Of a stretch of 27,269 bases of DNA, positions 1 to 7,217 are shown piece after piece. The notes under the pieces are model-generated. The model was not told the origin of the DNA and did not search any database. It saw only the letters and a program-made list of their open reading frames with translations. Positions within the stretch are counted from its first letter, which is position 1. The number at the start of each line of letters is the position of its first letter. Made by a program: the position numbers and the translations under genes. Origin of the DNA: a virus (Duplodnaviria > Heunggongvirae > Uroviricota > Caudoviricetes); IMG/VR virus record IMGVR_UViG_2617270980_000004, positions 1-27,269 of that record. One strand, written 5' to 3'.

Positions 1-792
1 CAGCGACATCATCCGGATAAACGCAGTGCCCGTGCGCAGCACGACGACTGGCTGAAGAGAGAGATACAGCGCGTATACGATGAAAATCATCAGGTGTACG
101 GTGTGCGTAAAGTCTGGCGTCAGTTGTTACGGGAAGGAATCAGGGTGGCCAGATGTACAGTGGCACGTCTCATGGCGGTTATGGGACTTGCCGGTGTTCT
201 CCGGGGTAAAAAGGTCCGTACGACCATCAGCCGGAAAGCCGTTGCCGCAGGCGACCGCGTAAACCGTCAGTTCGTGGCAGAACGACCTGACCAGCTGTGG
301 GTGGCTGATTTTACTTACGTCAGCACATGGCAGGGCTTCGTCTATGTGGCGTTTATCATTGATGTGTTTGCCGGATACATCGTGGGGTGGCGGGTCTCAT
401 CGTCTATGGAAACGACATTCGTGCTGGATGCGCTGGAGCAGGCGTTGTGGGCCCGTCGTCCGTCTGGCACCATCCATCACAGCGATAAAGGCTCTCAGTA
501 TGTGTCACTGGCCTATACGGAGCGACTAAAAGAAGCCGGATTACTGGCATCAACAGGGAGTACAGGCGACTCGTATGACAACGCGATGGCTGAGAGCATC
601 AATGGTCTTTACAAAGCGGAGGTAATACACCGTAAGAGCTGGAAAAACCGTGCAGAAGTGGAACTGGCCACACTAACGTGGGTGGACTGGTATAACAATC
701 GACGATTGCTGGGAAGGCTGGGCCATACTCCTCCGGCAGAAGCAGAAAAAGCTTATTATGCTTCCATCGGAAACGATGATCTGGCAGCCTGA
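1..792 (+). CDS. IS3-family transposase OrfB (DDE integrase core), 5' partial
   Basis: Frame 1 is uninterrupted from the window start. Translation contains rve-type integrase core features (VADFTYV..., HSDKGSQY..., DNAMAESINGLYK) typical of IS3-family OrfB. Confidence 0.85.
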   Translation, partial: QRHHPDKRSARAQHDDWLKREIQRVYDENHQVYGVRKVWRQLLREGIRVARCTVARLMAVMGLAGVLRGKKVRTTISRKAVAAGDRVNRQFVAERPDQLWVADFTYVSTWQGFVYVAFIIDVFAGYIVGWRVSSSMETTFVLDALEQALWARRPSGTIHHSDKGSQYVSLAYTERLKEAGLLASTGSTGDSYDNAMAESINGLYKAEVIHRKSWKNRAEVELATLTWVDWYNNRRLLGRLGHTPPAEAEKAYYASIGNDDLAA

Positions 793-834
793 GTTCACAG
801 ATAAAACACTCTCCAGGAAACCCGGGGCGGTTCA
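1..834 (+). mobile_element. IS3-family insertion sequence, right-hand portion (IS629/IS1203-like by recall); left part lies outside the window
   Basis: Transposase OrfB frame is open from base 1 to a TGA at 790-792. Sequence CTCCAGGAAACCCGGGGCGGTTCA ending at 834 matches my recollection of an IS629-type terminal inverted repeat. Exact IS identity not verified. Confidence 0.75.
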
Positions 835-847
835 CGTTGGTTAGCTA

Positions 848-1066
848 TTAACGCGGGTATGTAATCATTCTGGCAATGCTTAATGCCGCTGCTTTTTCCA
901 GATTAGTGATATCCTGCTCCAGAGCGGACAGATTTTCAGCCTGCTTAGCCCTGGCTTCATTGGCCCATTTCAGATCCTGCGCTGCATTAATTTTCTGGTG
1001 CATCCACTCATAAAGTTCATCATCGGTATAGTCTGGCGCGATGATGACGGGTTCTCGTTTCTGCAT
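848..1066 (-). CDS. hypothetical small phage protein (early-left region), 72 aa
   Basis: ORF with GAGGAA Shine-Dalgarno upstream of ATG at 1066; same strand and tight spacing with the two upstream small genes. Stop lies 13 bp from the IS end. Confidence 0.55.
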   Translation of the reverse strand: MQKREPVIIAPDYTDDELYEWMHQKINAAQDLKWANEARAKQAENLSALEQDITNLEKAAALSIARMITYPR

Positions 1067-1095
1067 ACTGATTCCTCGCGGTGCTGTTTCGCTTA

Positions 1096-1224
1096 TCAGC
1101 CGTTAGATTTTGCCGAGCTGGAAAGCGCCTGTTTAAACTCACTGAAGCTGAGAGCTTCTTCGCCTTCGGCAAGGCCTTCGAAGTATTCTTCGTAAGCCTT
1201 TTCCATGATTGTGTCGAAATCCAT
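1096..1224 (-). CDS. hypothetical 42-aa acidic protein (below the 60-aa ORF-track cutoff)
   Basis: Hand translation of the reverse strand gives MDFDTIMEKAYEEYFEGLAEGEEALSFSEFKQALSSSAKSNG. GGTGAG Shine-Dalgarno 4-5 nt upstream; its ATG lies 1 nt after the stop of the upstream gene (TGATATG). Confidence 0.35.
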   Translation of the reverse strand: MDFDTIMEKAYEEYFEGLAEGEEALSFSEFKQALSSSAKSNG

Positions 1225-1225
1225 A

Positions 1226-1468
1226 TCACTCACCTGAGTTTCTTTCCAGCCAGCGACGGGCACCATTTTCGGTTTTAAACGTTTTGCTTTTGGTATACGT
1301 CATCGCGGTGAATGTGCCGTCCTGGTTGGGAAACACGCCGTACACCAGAGATTCATTGTTGCCAAGATCGATAGTATCCATGCTGACCTCATTTCCCCTT
1401 AACGCCGGGGTAGCGGAACTAAAAAACTGCTGCGCTGTTATATAAAGTGTTCCCGCCGTCATGTTCAT
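1226..1468 (-). CDS. hypothetical phage protein, 80 aa, first gene of the leftward early operon
   Basis: ORF on the minus strand immediately downstream of the OL-like operator; GAGG upstream of the ATG. No recognisable motif. Confidence 0.55.
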   Translation of the reverse strand: MNMTAGTLYITAQQFFSSATPALRGNEVSMDTIDLGNNESLVYGVFPNQDGTFTAMTYTKSKTFKTENGARRWLERNSGE

Positions 1469-1587
1469 ACGCCTCGGGCTGGCTACTTAACCCCTGACCA
1501 CTGCCGGGTAACTCGAAGTATTGCCTGGCGTTCTGTGGGGCGGGGTGGGTTGATGAATGAACAATACCACTACTATTTAATTATGTA

Positions 1588-1602
1588 AATAGCAGTGCTA
1601 TT
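1588..1602. promoter_or_regulatory. OL-like operator: perfect palindrome AATAGCA-G-TGCTATT
   Basis: 15-bp perfect inverted repeat seen directly; the same motif family recurs twice between the repressor and cro genes. Confidence 0.5.
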
Positions 1603-1611
1603 ATCGTGGCA

Positions 1612-1636
1612 AGAAAAAAACCACCCGAAGGTGGTT
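1612..1636 (-). terminator. rho-independent terminator for leftward transcription, downstream of the toxin gene
   Basis: On the minus strand: stem ACCACC/GGTGGT with CGAA-type loop followed by a run of 7+ T. Confidence 0.55.
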
Positions 1637-1650
1637 GTTGACAGGAAGGA

Positions 1651-1941
1651 TTAACAGGTTTTGTTTGGATACTGTCTTCGTGAGTGAACTACATTTACGA
1701 TCTCGATGTTAGATGCTGTTACTCGGTAAAGTATTATGTAGTTAGGATGAGTCACTATCTCACGAAGACTTGGAACTCTTTCGCTCGGTGGGTACAGATA
1801 AGGGTGTTCAGTAAGTGACAAAACTGATGTTTCAATGCGTATTTTTAGTCTACGTGCAGCGGGAGGGTTTTCCTTAGCAATATAGGCTACGATCTGACGT
1901 AAATCATCACGTGCAGAAGGTAGCCATAAAATGGGCAGCAT
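1651..1941 (-). CDS. parE: ParE/RelE-superfamily type II toxin, 96 aa
   Basis: Size and sequence pattern of ParE/RelE toxins (N-terminal helical hairpin, C-terminal YRV...IVNVVHSRR). Start codon overlaps the stop of the upstream antitoxin (TAATG). Confidence 0.8.
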   Translation of the reverse strand: MLPILWLPSARDDLRQIVAYIAKENPPAARRLKIRIETSVLSLTEHPYLYPPSERVPSLREIVTHPNYIILYRVTASNIEIVNVVHSRRQYPNKTC

Positions 1942-2132
1942 TACTCACTCCTGTTCGTTGCAGCTAATTGAGCAATAAGGTTTTCCATTTCAGCCATTAC
2001 TTCGTCATGTGGAATTGCAGGACGGGGATCTGAGAGGCTTGCTGCCACTTTGGTTCGCAACCATTCGTTATAGCTGTTTTCTTGTTCGACTGTTTCAAAT
2101 TCAGAAATTATCGGGGAAAGGGCTGTACTCAT
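1941..2132 (-). CDS. cognate antitoxin, 63 aa (PaaA-like by recall)
   Basis: Small acidic protein translationally coupled to the toxin; GGAGG Shine-Dalgarno; starts 18 bp after the repressor stop with no intervening terminator. Confidence 0.75.
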   Translation of the reverse strand: MSTALSPIISEFETVEQENSYNEWLRTKVAASLSDPRPAIPHDEVMAEMENLIAQLAATNRSE

Positions 2133-2149
2133 GTTTTTACCTCCTCAGA

Positions 2150-2650
2150 TTAGGCGCGACGACCCTTTTGCGCAGCTAGCCATCGCGCAACGATTTCTTC
2201 AATTGATTCTTTTTTCTCCTTCATTTCCTTAAGCATTTTCTCTTTATCTTCTTTGGGGAAAGCCCTGAACGTCTGGAGCAAATCCCGCTCCATGGGGTCT
2301 ATATTAAACGGAAGTTCGTTTTCCGATTGTTCCATATCTGCAGATATAGTGACAACATTGTCCTCCCCAGATTCTTGGGGATACATCCTTACAATTTGTA
2401 ACAACTCGGCCATATCTGGTCTGATTGACTCGGGAGGAACTTGCAGCAACCCTGCGAACTTGATAACAGCCTCAAGATTTAAAGGTGTCTGACCATTTAG
2501 ATAATGGCTTACAGCTCCCTGTGTCGAAAATCCCAGAATTTCTGCCGCACGCTCTTGGGTTAACCCTAGTTGATTTTTTTTCGCCGTCCAGATTTCTTTC
2601 AGTCTCTGGGCGGCTTGCAGGTCGATCTCTGACAGGGATTTTCTTTTCAT
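2150..2650 (-). CDS. prophage repressor, XRE-family helix-turn-helix, without a LexA/S24-type autocleavage domain (CI/RacR/PaaR-like)
   Basis: HTH segment LGLTQERAAEILGFSTQGAVSHYLNG; C-terminal 90 aa are acidic/lysine-rich with no Ser-Lys peptidase dyad. Divergent from the Cro-like gene across an operator-bearing intergenic region. Confidence 0.85.
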   Translation of the reverse strand: MKRKSLSEIDLQAAQRLKEIWTAKKNQLGLTQERAAEILGFSTQGAVSHYLNGQTPLNLEAVIKFAGLLQVPPESIRPDMAELLQIVRMYPQESGEDNVVTISADMEQSENELPFNIDPMERDLLQTFRAFPKEDKEKMLKEMKEKKESIEEIVARWLAAQKGRRA

Positions 2651-2685
2651 ACCTTCAATTCTAATAAGATTATTAATCTCTTTGA

Positions 2686-2700
2686 AATAGTGATGCTATT
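2686..2700. promoter_or_regulatory. OR-like operator site AATAGTG-A-TGCTATT
   Basis: Near-palindrome matching the OL site at 13 of 15 positions; lies in the repressor/cro intergenic region next to a TTGAAA -35-like hexamer. Confidence 0.5.
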
Positions 2701-2710
2701 TACTTTTAAA

Positions 2711-2725
2711 AATAACAATGCTATT
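2711..2725. promoter_or_regulatory. OR-like operator site AATAACA-A-TGCTATT
   Basis: Second copy of the operator motif, 25 bp from the first. Confidence 0.45.
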
Positions 2726-2732
2726 AATGATC

Positions 2733-2745
2733 GTGATGACATCAC
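2733..2745. promoter_or_regulatory. perfect 13-bp palindrome GTGATGACATCAC just upstream of the cro ribosome binding site
   Basis: Seen directly; sequence is distinct from the AATAGCA/TGCTATT operator family. Confidence 0.35.
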
Positions 2746-2757
2746 ATGAGGTGAACA

Positions 2758-3033
2758 ATGAATCTTGGAGAATATTTGCATCATTCCGGTATAACTCAGA
2801 AGCATTTTGCTGAAATTGTTGGGGTAACCCAAGGGATGGTAAGCCATGTCATTACCGGACGGGCGAAACTTACGGGGAAAAAAATTTTACGCTGGTGCGA
2901 AGCAACAGGCTGGATAGTAACTCCGCACGAGATTGATGGCAGTACTTATCCCAACCCAACCGACGGCTTACCTGTCGAGTATCAGGCTAACACACAACCA
3001 GAGGCGGGGGGGATTCATGAAAATCAAGCATGA
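2758..3033 (+). CDS. Cro-like HTH regulator (YdaS family by recall)
   Basis: HTH ITQKHFAEIVGVTQGMVSHVITG; GAGGTG Shine-Dalgarno; divergent from the repressor. Confidence 0.8.
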   Translation: MNLGEYLHHSGITQKHFAEIVGVTQGMVSHVITGRAKLTGKKILRWCEATGWIVTPHEIDGSTYPNPTDGLPVEYQANTQPEAGGIHENQA

Positions 3034-3442
3034 ACACATCCGCATGGCAATGAATGCCTGGGCGTATCCAGACGGTGAGAAAGTTCCAGCAGCTGAAATA
3101 GCCCGGACTTATTTCGAACTGGGGATGACGTTCCCGGAACTGTACGACGACAGCCATCCGGAAGCCCTGGCCCGTAATACCCAGAAAATTTTCCGCTGGG
3201 TAGAGAAAGACACCCCTGATGCAGTTGAAAAAATTCAGGCGTTGTTACCAGCGATCGAAAAGGCAATGCCACCTTTGCTGGTGGCCAGAATGCGCAGCCA
3301 CAGTTCAGCTTATTTTCGGGAGCTGGTGGAGACGCGGGAGCGACTGGTGAGAGACGCTGATGATTTTGTCGCAGTGGCAATCGCCGGTTTCAATCAGATG
3401 AACCGTGGTGGCCCGGCAGGAAATGCTGTGGCAGTACATTGA
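3017..3442 (+). CDS. YdaT-like protein (CII-position gene of Rac-type immunity regions)
   Basis: Internal ATG at 3017 preceded by a G-rich Shine-Dalgarno. N-terminus MKIKHEHIR matches my recollection of Rac-prophage YdaT. The ORF-track start at 2933 is rejected because it lies inside cro. Confidence 0.7.
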   Translation: MKIKHEHIRMAMNAWAYPDGEKVPAAEIARTYFELGMTFPELYDDSHPEALARNTQKIFRWVEKDTPDAVEKIQALLPAIEKAMPPLLVARMRSHSSAYFRELVETRERLVRDADDFVAVAIAGFNQMNRGGPAGNAVAVH

Positions 3443-3513
3443 CTGACAATAGCCATATCGAATCGCTTCCGGCAACTCGTGAGTAAAAAGATTCGGTATC
3501 AGAAGAGGTGAGT

Positions 3514-4530
3514 ATGGCTAACGCCTGGCTCAGATTATGGCATGACATGCCAAATGACCCTAAGTGGCGAACAATTGCCAGGGTGTCAGGGCAGCCAATT
3601 GCAACAGTGATGGCAGTGTATATCCACCTCCTGGTGAGCGCGTCACGAAATGTCACGCGAGGTCACATTGATGTCACGACAGAAGATTTGGCAAGTGCGC
3701 TCGACGTGACAGAAGAGGTAATTGATTCAATTTTGCAGACGATGCAGGGGCGGGTACTTGATGGTGATTTAATCACTGGATGGGAAAAACGCCAGGTGCT
3801 TAAAGAGGACAACGGCAATATTTCGCAAACCGCAAAATCTCCGGCAGAGCGCAAGAGGGCGCAGCGTGAGAGGGAAAGAAAGCGGGAACAAAATGGCGAT
3901 TGTCACGGCGCGTCACGAAATGTCACGCACATGTCACGACAAGTCACGACAGATAAAGATACAGATACAGAATTAAACCCCACACATAACGCGCGCATGC
4001 GCGAGAGTGCTCCAACCGGTGAGTCGCATGGTGCGCCGTTGCAGACAGCCGAACCTGAATACCTGGACGGCCTGAGCGAACCGATCGGGAAATTTTCGAT
4101 GACTACTGTCTGGCAGCTGTCGTCGGATTTTCGACAACGGGCAGCAGTGTGGGGTATGGCTCTGCCTGAGCCGGAATTTACACCTGCAGAGCTTGCCGCA
4201 TTCCGGGATTACTGGATGGCGGAGGGGAAGGTTTTCACGCAGGTTCAGTGGGAGCAGAAATTTGCCCGCCACGTGCAGCACGTCAGGGCACAGGTAAAAC
4301 CAGTCAGCAAGGGGGTAAGCCATGCAGCATCAGGTGGCACGGCATCACGGGCAGTTCAGGAAATCCGGGCAGCACGCGAACAGTGGGAACGTGACAACGG
4401 ATTTATCAGCAACGGAAACGGCCTGGAAGCTGTGGGAGCTTATGGGGGAGGTGTATTCGAACCGCTGGACACAGAAGAACGGGGCCGCACCTTCGAAGCT
4501 CTGGATTGCCCAGATTGGCGCGATGACTGA
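3514..4530 (+). CDS. replication initiator, O-like/YdaU-like, with internal origin iterons
   Basis: ATG at 3514 with AGAGGTG Shine-Dalgarno; N-terminal winged-helix-like region; two iteron clusters plus an AT-rich tract embedded in the coding sequence, as in lambda O. Confidence 0.7.
   Translation: MANAWLRLWHDMPNDPKWRTIARVSGQPIATVMAVYIHLLVSASRNVTRGHIDVTTEDLASALDVTEEVIDSILQTMQGRVLDGDLITGWEKRQVLKEDNGNISQTAKSPAERKRAQRERERKREQNGDCHGASRNVTHMSRQVTTDKDTDTELNPTHNARMRESAPTGESHGAPLQTAEPEYLDGLSEPIGKFSMTTVWQLSSDFRQRAAVWGMALPEPEFTPAELAAFRDYWMAEGKVFTQVQWEQKFARHVQHVRAQVKPVSKGVSHAASGGTASRAVQEIRAAREQWERDNGFISNGNGLEAVGAYGGGVFEPLDTEERGRTFEALDCPDWRDD
3638..3980. repeat. putative replication origin: two iteron clusters of GTCACG at roughly 10-bp spacing, followed by an AT-rich segment
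   Basis: GTCACG/GTCACA at 3642, 3652, 3662, 3673 and at 3902, 3912, 3922, 3932, 3942; a 19-bp direct repeat GCGTCACGAAATGTCACGC at 3640 and 3910; AT-rich GATAAAGATACAGATACAGAATTAAA from 3952. Confidence 0.5.
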
Positions 4531-4984
4531 ACAGCAAATCCGGCTGGTCTGCCGTCAGTGCATGGACCGCTGCCGGGCGGGTGAAACGTGGCCCCCGGAC
4601 CTGGCTGAGTTTGTTGCACTGATTTCGGAGAGTGGGGCAAATCCATTTGGTCTTACGGTGGATGCAGTGATGGAAGAGTACCGGCGCTGGCGCAATGAAT
4701 CCTGGCGATACGACGGGAGTGATAAATACCCGTGGCCACAGCCTGTGCTGTACCACATCTGCCTCGAAATGCGTACCAGAGGGATTGAGCGCCAGATGAC
4801 GCAGGGTGAGTTAAAACGACTTGCGGAACGGCAACTGACGAAATGGGCAAAGCATGTTGGTAACGGGATGAGTGTTCCGCCAGTGCGACGACAACTGGAA
4901 GGGGCGAAACACCCGCAAGGGCCAACGCCAATTGAACGGCTGAAACAGGAATACGAACGCCGGAAGGCAGCTGGTTTTATTTGA
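4322..4984 (+). CDS. lambda P-like replication protein (helicase loader)
   Basis: C-terminal half aligns by eye with lambda P as I recall it (WPPDLAEFVAL against PSPGQFVAWCRE; YDGSDKYPWPQ against YPDAESYPWKS). AAGGGGG Shine-Dalgarno before ATG 4322. Start uncertain (4322, 4334 or 4443) and overlaps the O-like gene. Confidence 0.65.
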   Translation: MQHQVARHHGQFRKSGQHANSGNVTTDLSATETAWKLWELMGEVYSNRWTQKNGAAPSKLWIAQIGAMTEQQIRLVCRQCMDRCRAGETWPPDLAEFVALISESGANPFGLTVDAVMEEYRRWRNESWRYDGSDKYPWPQPVLYHICLEMRTRGIERQMTQGELKRLAERQLTKWAKHVGNGMSVPPVRRQLEGAKHPQGPTPIERLKQEYERRKAAGFI

Positions 4985-5017
4985 ATCTGAGAAACGATTT
5001 TGTCGGAGGAAATATTA

Positions 5018-5788
5018 ATGGAAACCGTATTTGACGCACTGAAAGCACTGAAAAAAGCCTCTTCACATGTGGTGGCAGCTCGCCTTGGAATCAGTCGTGA
5101 AGAGGCTGTCAACGAGCTGTGGGAACTCAAAAGAAATGGCGTCGTTGATAAAACTGGTCACACCTGGTTTCTGGCTGGCGAAGGTGAATCCCGGGTAACC
5201 GAAGAGCGGCCAGTAAAATCTGAAGCACAGGATATGCTGACCGGGGAGGTCGAACAAAAAGTTACCGCGGACATGATGATTGAGTTTATCTGTCAGGATG
5301 GGGCTAAAACGTGTGAGGAACTGGCGGATAAGTTCGGTGTTAGCATTCGCAAGGTTGCTTCCACGTTGGCGGTCGTAACAGCAACGGGGCGCCTGGCACG
5401 CGTAAATCAGAACGGTAAATTTCGTTACTGCATACCGGGCGCTGATTTACCGGCAGAGCCGGAAGCTGCATCCGTAGCGGAAACGGATGGTAAAGCCATT
5501 CCTCAGCCAGCAGGTATTGCGTTACCTGTCCGGGAAGCGGAAACACAGGAAGAAATAAAAACTGAAAGTGTGGCGGTCACAGTGCAGTCACAGCCGTCGT
5601 TCACCAGAAAACATCCGGATGGTCTGATTTTACCATCGCTGCATGTGGCTAACCGCGAGCTGCGCCGGGCAAAAGGTCAGGTTCAGAAGTGGGAGCGAGT
5701 CTGCGCCGCGCTGCGGGAGCTGTACAAGCACCGGGATATTGTTCGACAGATTGTCGATTCATCCGGTCGTATTGTGTCGGAAAAGTGA
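5018..5788 (+). CDS. hypothetical protein with two winged-helix-like repeats
   Basis: ATG at 5018 preceded by GGAGGA; two internal segments resemble each other and the N-terminus of the next gene. Confidence 0.65.
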   Translation: METVFDALKALKKASSHVVAARLGISREEAVNELWELKRNGVVDKTGHTWFLAGEGESRVTEERPVKSEAQDMLTGEVEQKVTADMMIEFICQDGAKTCEELADKFGVSIRKVASTLAVVTATGRLARVNQNGKFRYCIPGADLPAEPEAASVAETDGKAIPQPAGIALPVREAETQEEIKTESVAVTVQSQPSFTRKHPDGLILPSLHVANRELRRAKGQVQKWERVCAALRELYKHRDIVRQIVDSSGRIVSEK

Positions 5789-5803
5789 TTGCCGGAGGCG
5801 CTT

Positions 5804-6199
5804 ATGGCAAAAGTATTTACACCAGAAGAGCGGGAAGAAGTGAAGGCGCGCATTGTGGAATTCGTGCGCCTGAGCGGACGAGAAACTTTTCGACAACTGG
5901 CAGATAAAACGGGTGTCAGTAAGACCGCTATTCGTCGTTTATCTGGTGCGCTTGCGGCCAGTGGTGATGTCTGGCTCTGTGATTGCGGGGTATTTCCATC
6001 AGAGCAGGCGTATCGCGTATGGCGTAAGACACCGGAGAAGGCTGCTGACCCGACACTGATTCGAAAGTTACCAGACGGAGAAATACGCCGCTACGACAGG
6101 CGCCTGAATATAATCTGTCGCGAGTGCCGGAAGAGCGAAGCTATGCAGCGTGTACTGACATTTTATCAAGGAAATGTTAGGTATTTTAGACGTTACTAG
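5804..6199 (+). CDS. hypothetical winged-helix protein, paralogous to the N-terminus of the upstream gene
   Basis: ATG at 5804 with GGAGG Shine-Dalgarno; N-terminal segment similar to the repeats in 5018-5788. Confidence 0.65.
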   Translation: MAKVFTPEEREEVKARIVEFVRLSGRETFRQLADKTGVSKTAIRRLSGALAASGDVWLCDCGVFPSEQAYRVWRKTPEKAADPTLIRKLPDGEIRRYDRRLNIICRECRKSEAMQRVLTFYQGNVRYFRRY

Positions 6200-6352
6200 A
6201 TTAAAGAGCATTAGTTCAGATGTGAATTGACATTTTCATGGCGCAGGGTAGAGCCAGCGTGGTTGTCCGCTTTGCGTCAAAACCAGATATTACCAGATTT
6301 AGACATATATTCCCGATAGCCCTGCTCTGATGCTACACTCTGTGCTATTTTC

Positions 6353-7039
6353 ATGACCCCAATAAAAATATTTATGACTATTGCTGATTTCAAACGGCCT
6401 AAATTGGAACTCCCAAACGGGGCAAACAAACTACTACTGCACTCTTGCTGTGCTCCATGTTCCGGTGAAGTGATGGAGGCGCTTCAGGCCTCGGGAATCG
6501 ACTACACCATCTTTTTCTACAACCCGAACATTCATCCTCAGAAAGAGTATTTAATTCGTAAGGATGAAAATATTCGCTTTGCTGAACAACACGGCGTGCC
6601 GTTTATCGATGCTGATTACGACACCGACAACTGGTTTGAACGTGCCAAAGGAATGGAATGGGAGCCTGAGAGGGGGATCCGTTGTACCATGTGTTTTGAC
6701 ATGCGTTTTGAGCGGACAGCGTTGTACGCTGCTGAAAATGGTTTCAGTGTGATCAGCAGTTCACTGGGCATTTCACGCTGGAAAAATATGCAGCAGGTTA
6801 ACGAGTGTGGGCGGCGAGCTGTTGCGCATTATCCGGGTATGGTGTACTGGGATTATAACTGGCGCAAGCAGGGCGGCTCGTCCCGTATGATTGAAATCAG
6901 CAAGCGCGAAAAATTCTATCAGCAGGAATATTGTGGCTGTGTGTATTCTCTGCGCGATACCAATCTACACCGCAAATCTCAGGGACGCCCTCTTATCAAA
7001 ATTGGCCAACTCCACTACGGAAAAGAAGAGAAGGAGTGA
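6353..7039 (+). CDS. QueH-like (DUF208) Fe-S protein, epoxyqueuosine reductase family (assignment from recalled motifs)
   Basis: Conserved cysteine clusters [20 protein letters not shown] and QEYCGCVYS. No clear Shine-Dalgarno; alternative start at 6374. Extended -10-like TGcTACACT upstream. Confidence 0.55.
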   Translation: MTPIKIFMTIADFKRPKLELPNGANKLLLHSCCAPCSGEVMEALQASGIDYTIFFYNPNIHPQKEYLIRKDENIRFAEQHGVPFIDADYDTDNWFERAKGMEWEPERGIRCTMCFDMRFERTALYAAENGFSVISSSLGISRWKNMQQVNECGRRAVAHYPGMVYWDYNWRKQGGSSRMIEISKREKFYQQEYCGCVYSLRDTNLHRKSQGRPLIKIGQLHYGKEEKE

Positions 7040-7217
7040 TTTTATGGATCACCTTTCTGATTGATTTCATATTGGCGAGGTGACGTGAGTTAAGTAGAAT
7101 TGCTGCGGGTGCCTGAGGCTGTCTGCCTCAGGCATGAACACCAAAAGGCAGATAGAGAAAGCCCCAGTTAACATTACGCGTCCTGTAAGACGCTCAACAT
7201 TAATCTGAGGCATATGG

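Noticed and set aside
80-262. 60-aa plus-strand ORF in an alternative frame at the window start
   Set aside because: Overlaps the IS transposase OrfB frame, which is open from base 1 and has clear integrase-core similarity.
835-1650. A lambda N-type antiterminator in the early-left region
   Set aside because: The three leftward ORFs (72, 42 and 80 aa) show no arginine-rich N-terminal motif and are too short or acidic; no boxA/boxB-like nut site was identified with confidence.
2933-3016. ORF-track N-terminal extensions at 2933 (and similarly 3508, 5000, 8221, 9324, 12076, 17299, 18896, 19089, 19377)
   Set aside because: These longest-ORF starts fall inside an upstream gene or a terminator hairpin; internal ATG or GTG codons with Shine-Dalgarno sequences give gene lengths matching known family members.
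4406-5130. Several minus-strand ORFs (116, 68, 191 and 92 aa)
   Set aside because: Antisense to the P-like gene and the first winged-helix gene; low-complexity translations without ribosome binding sites.
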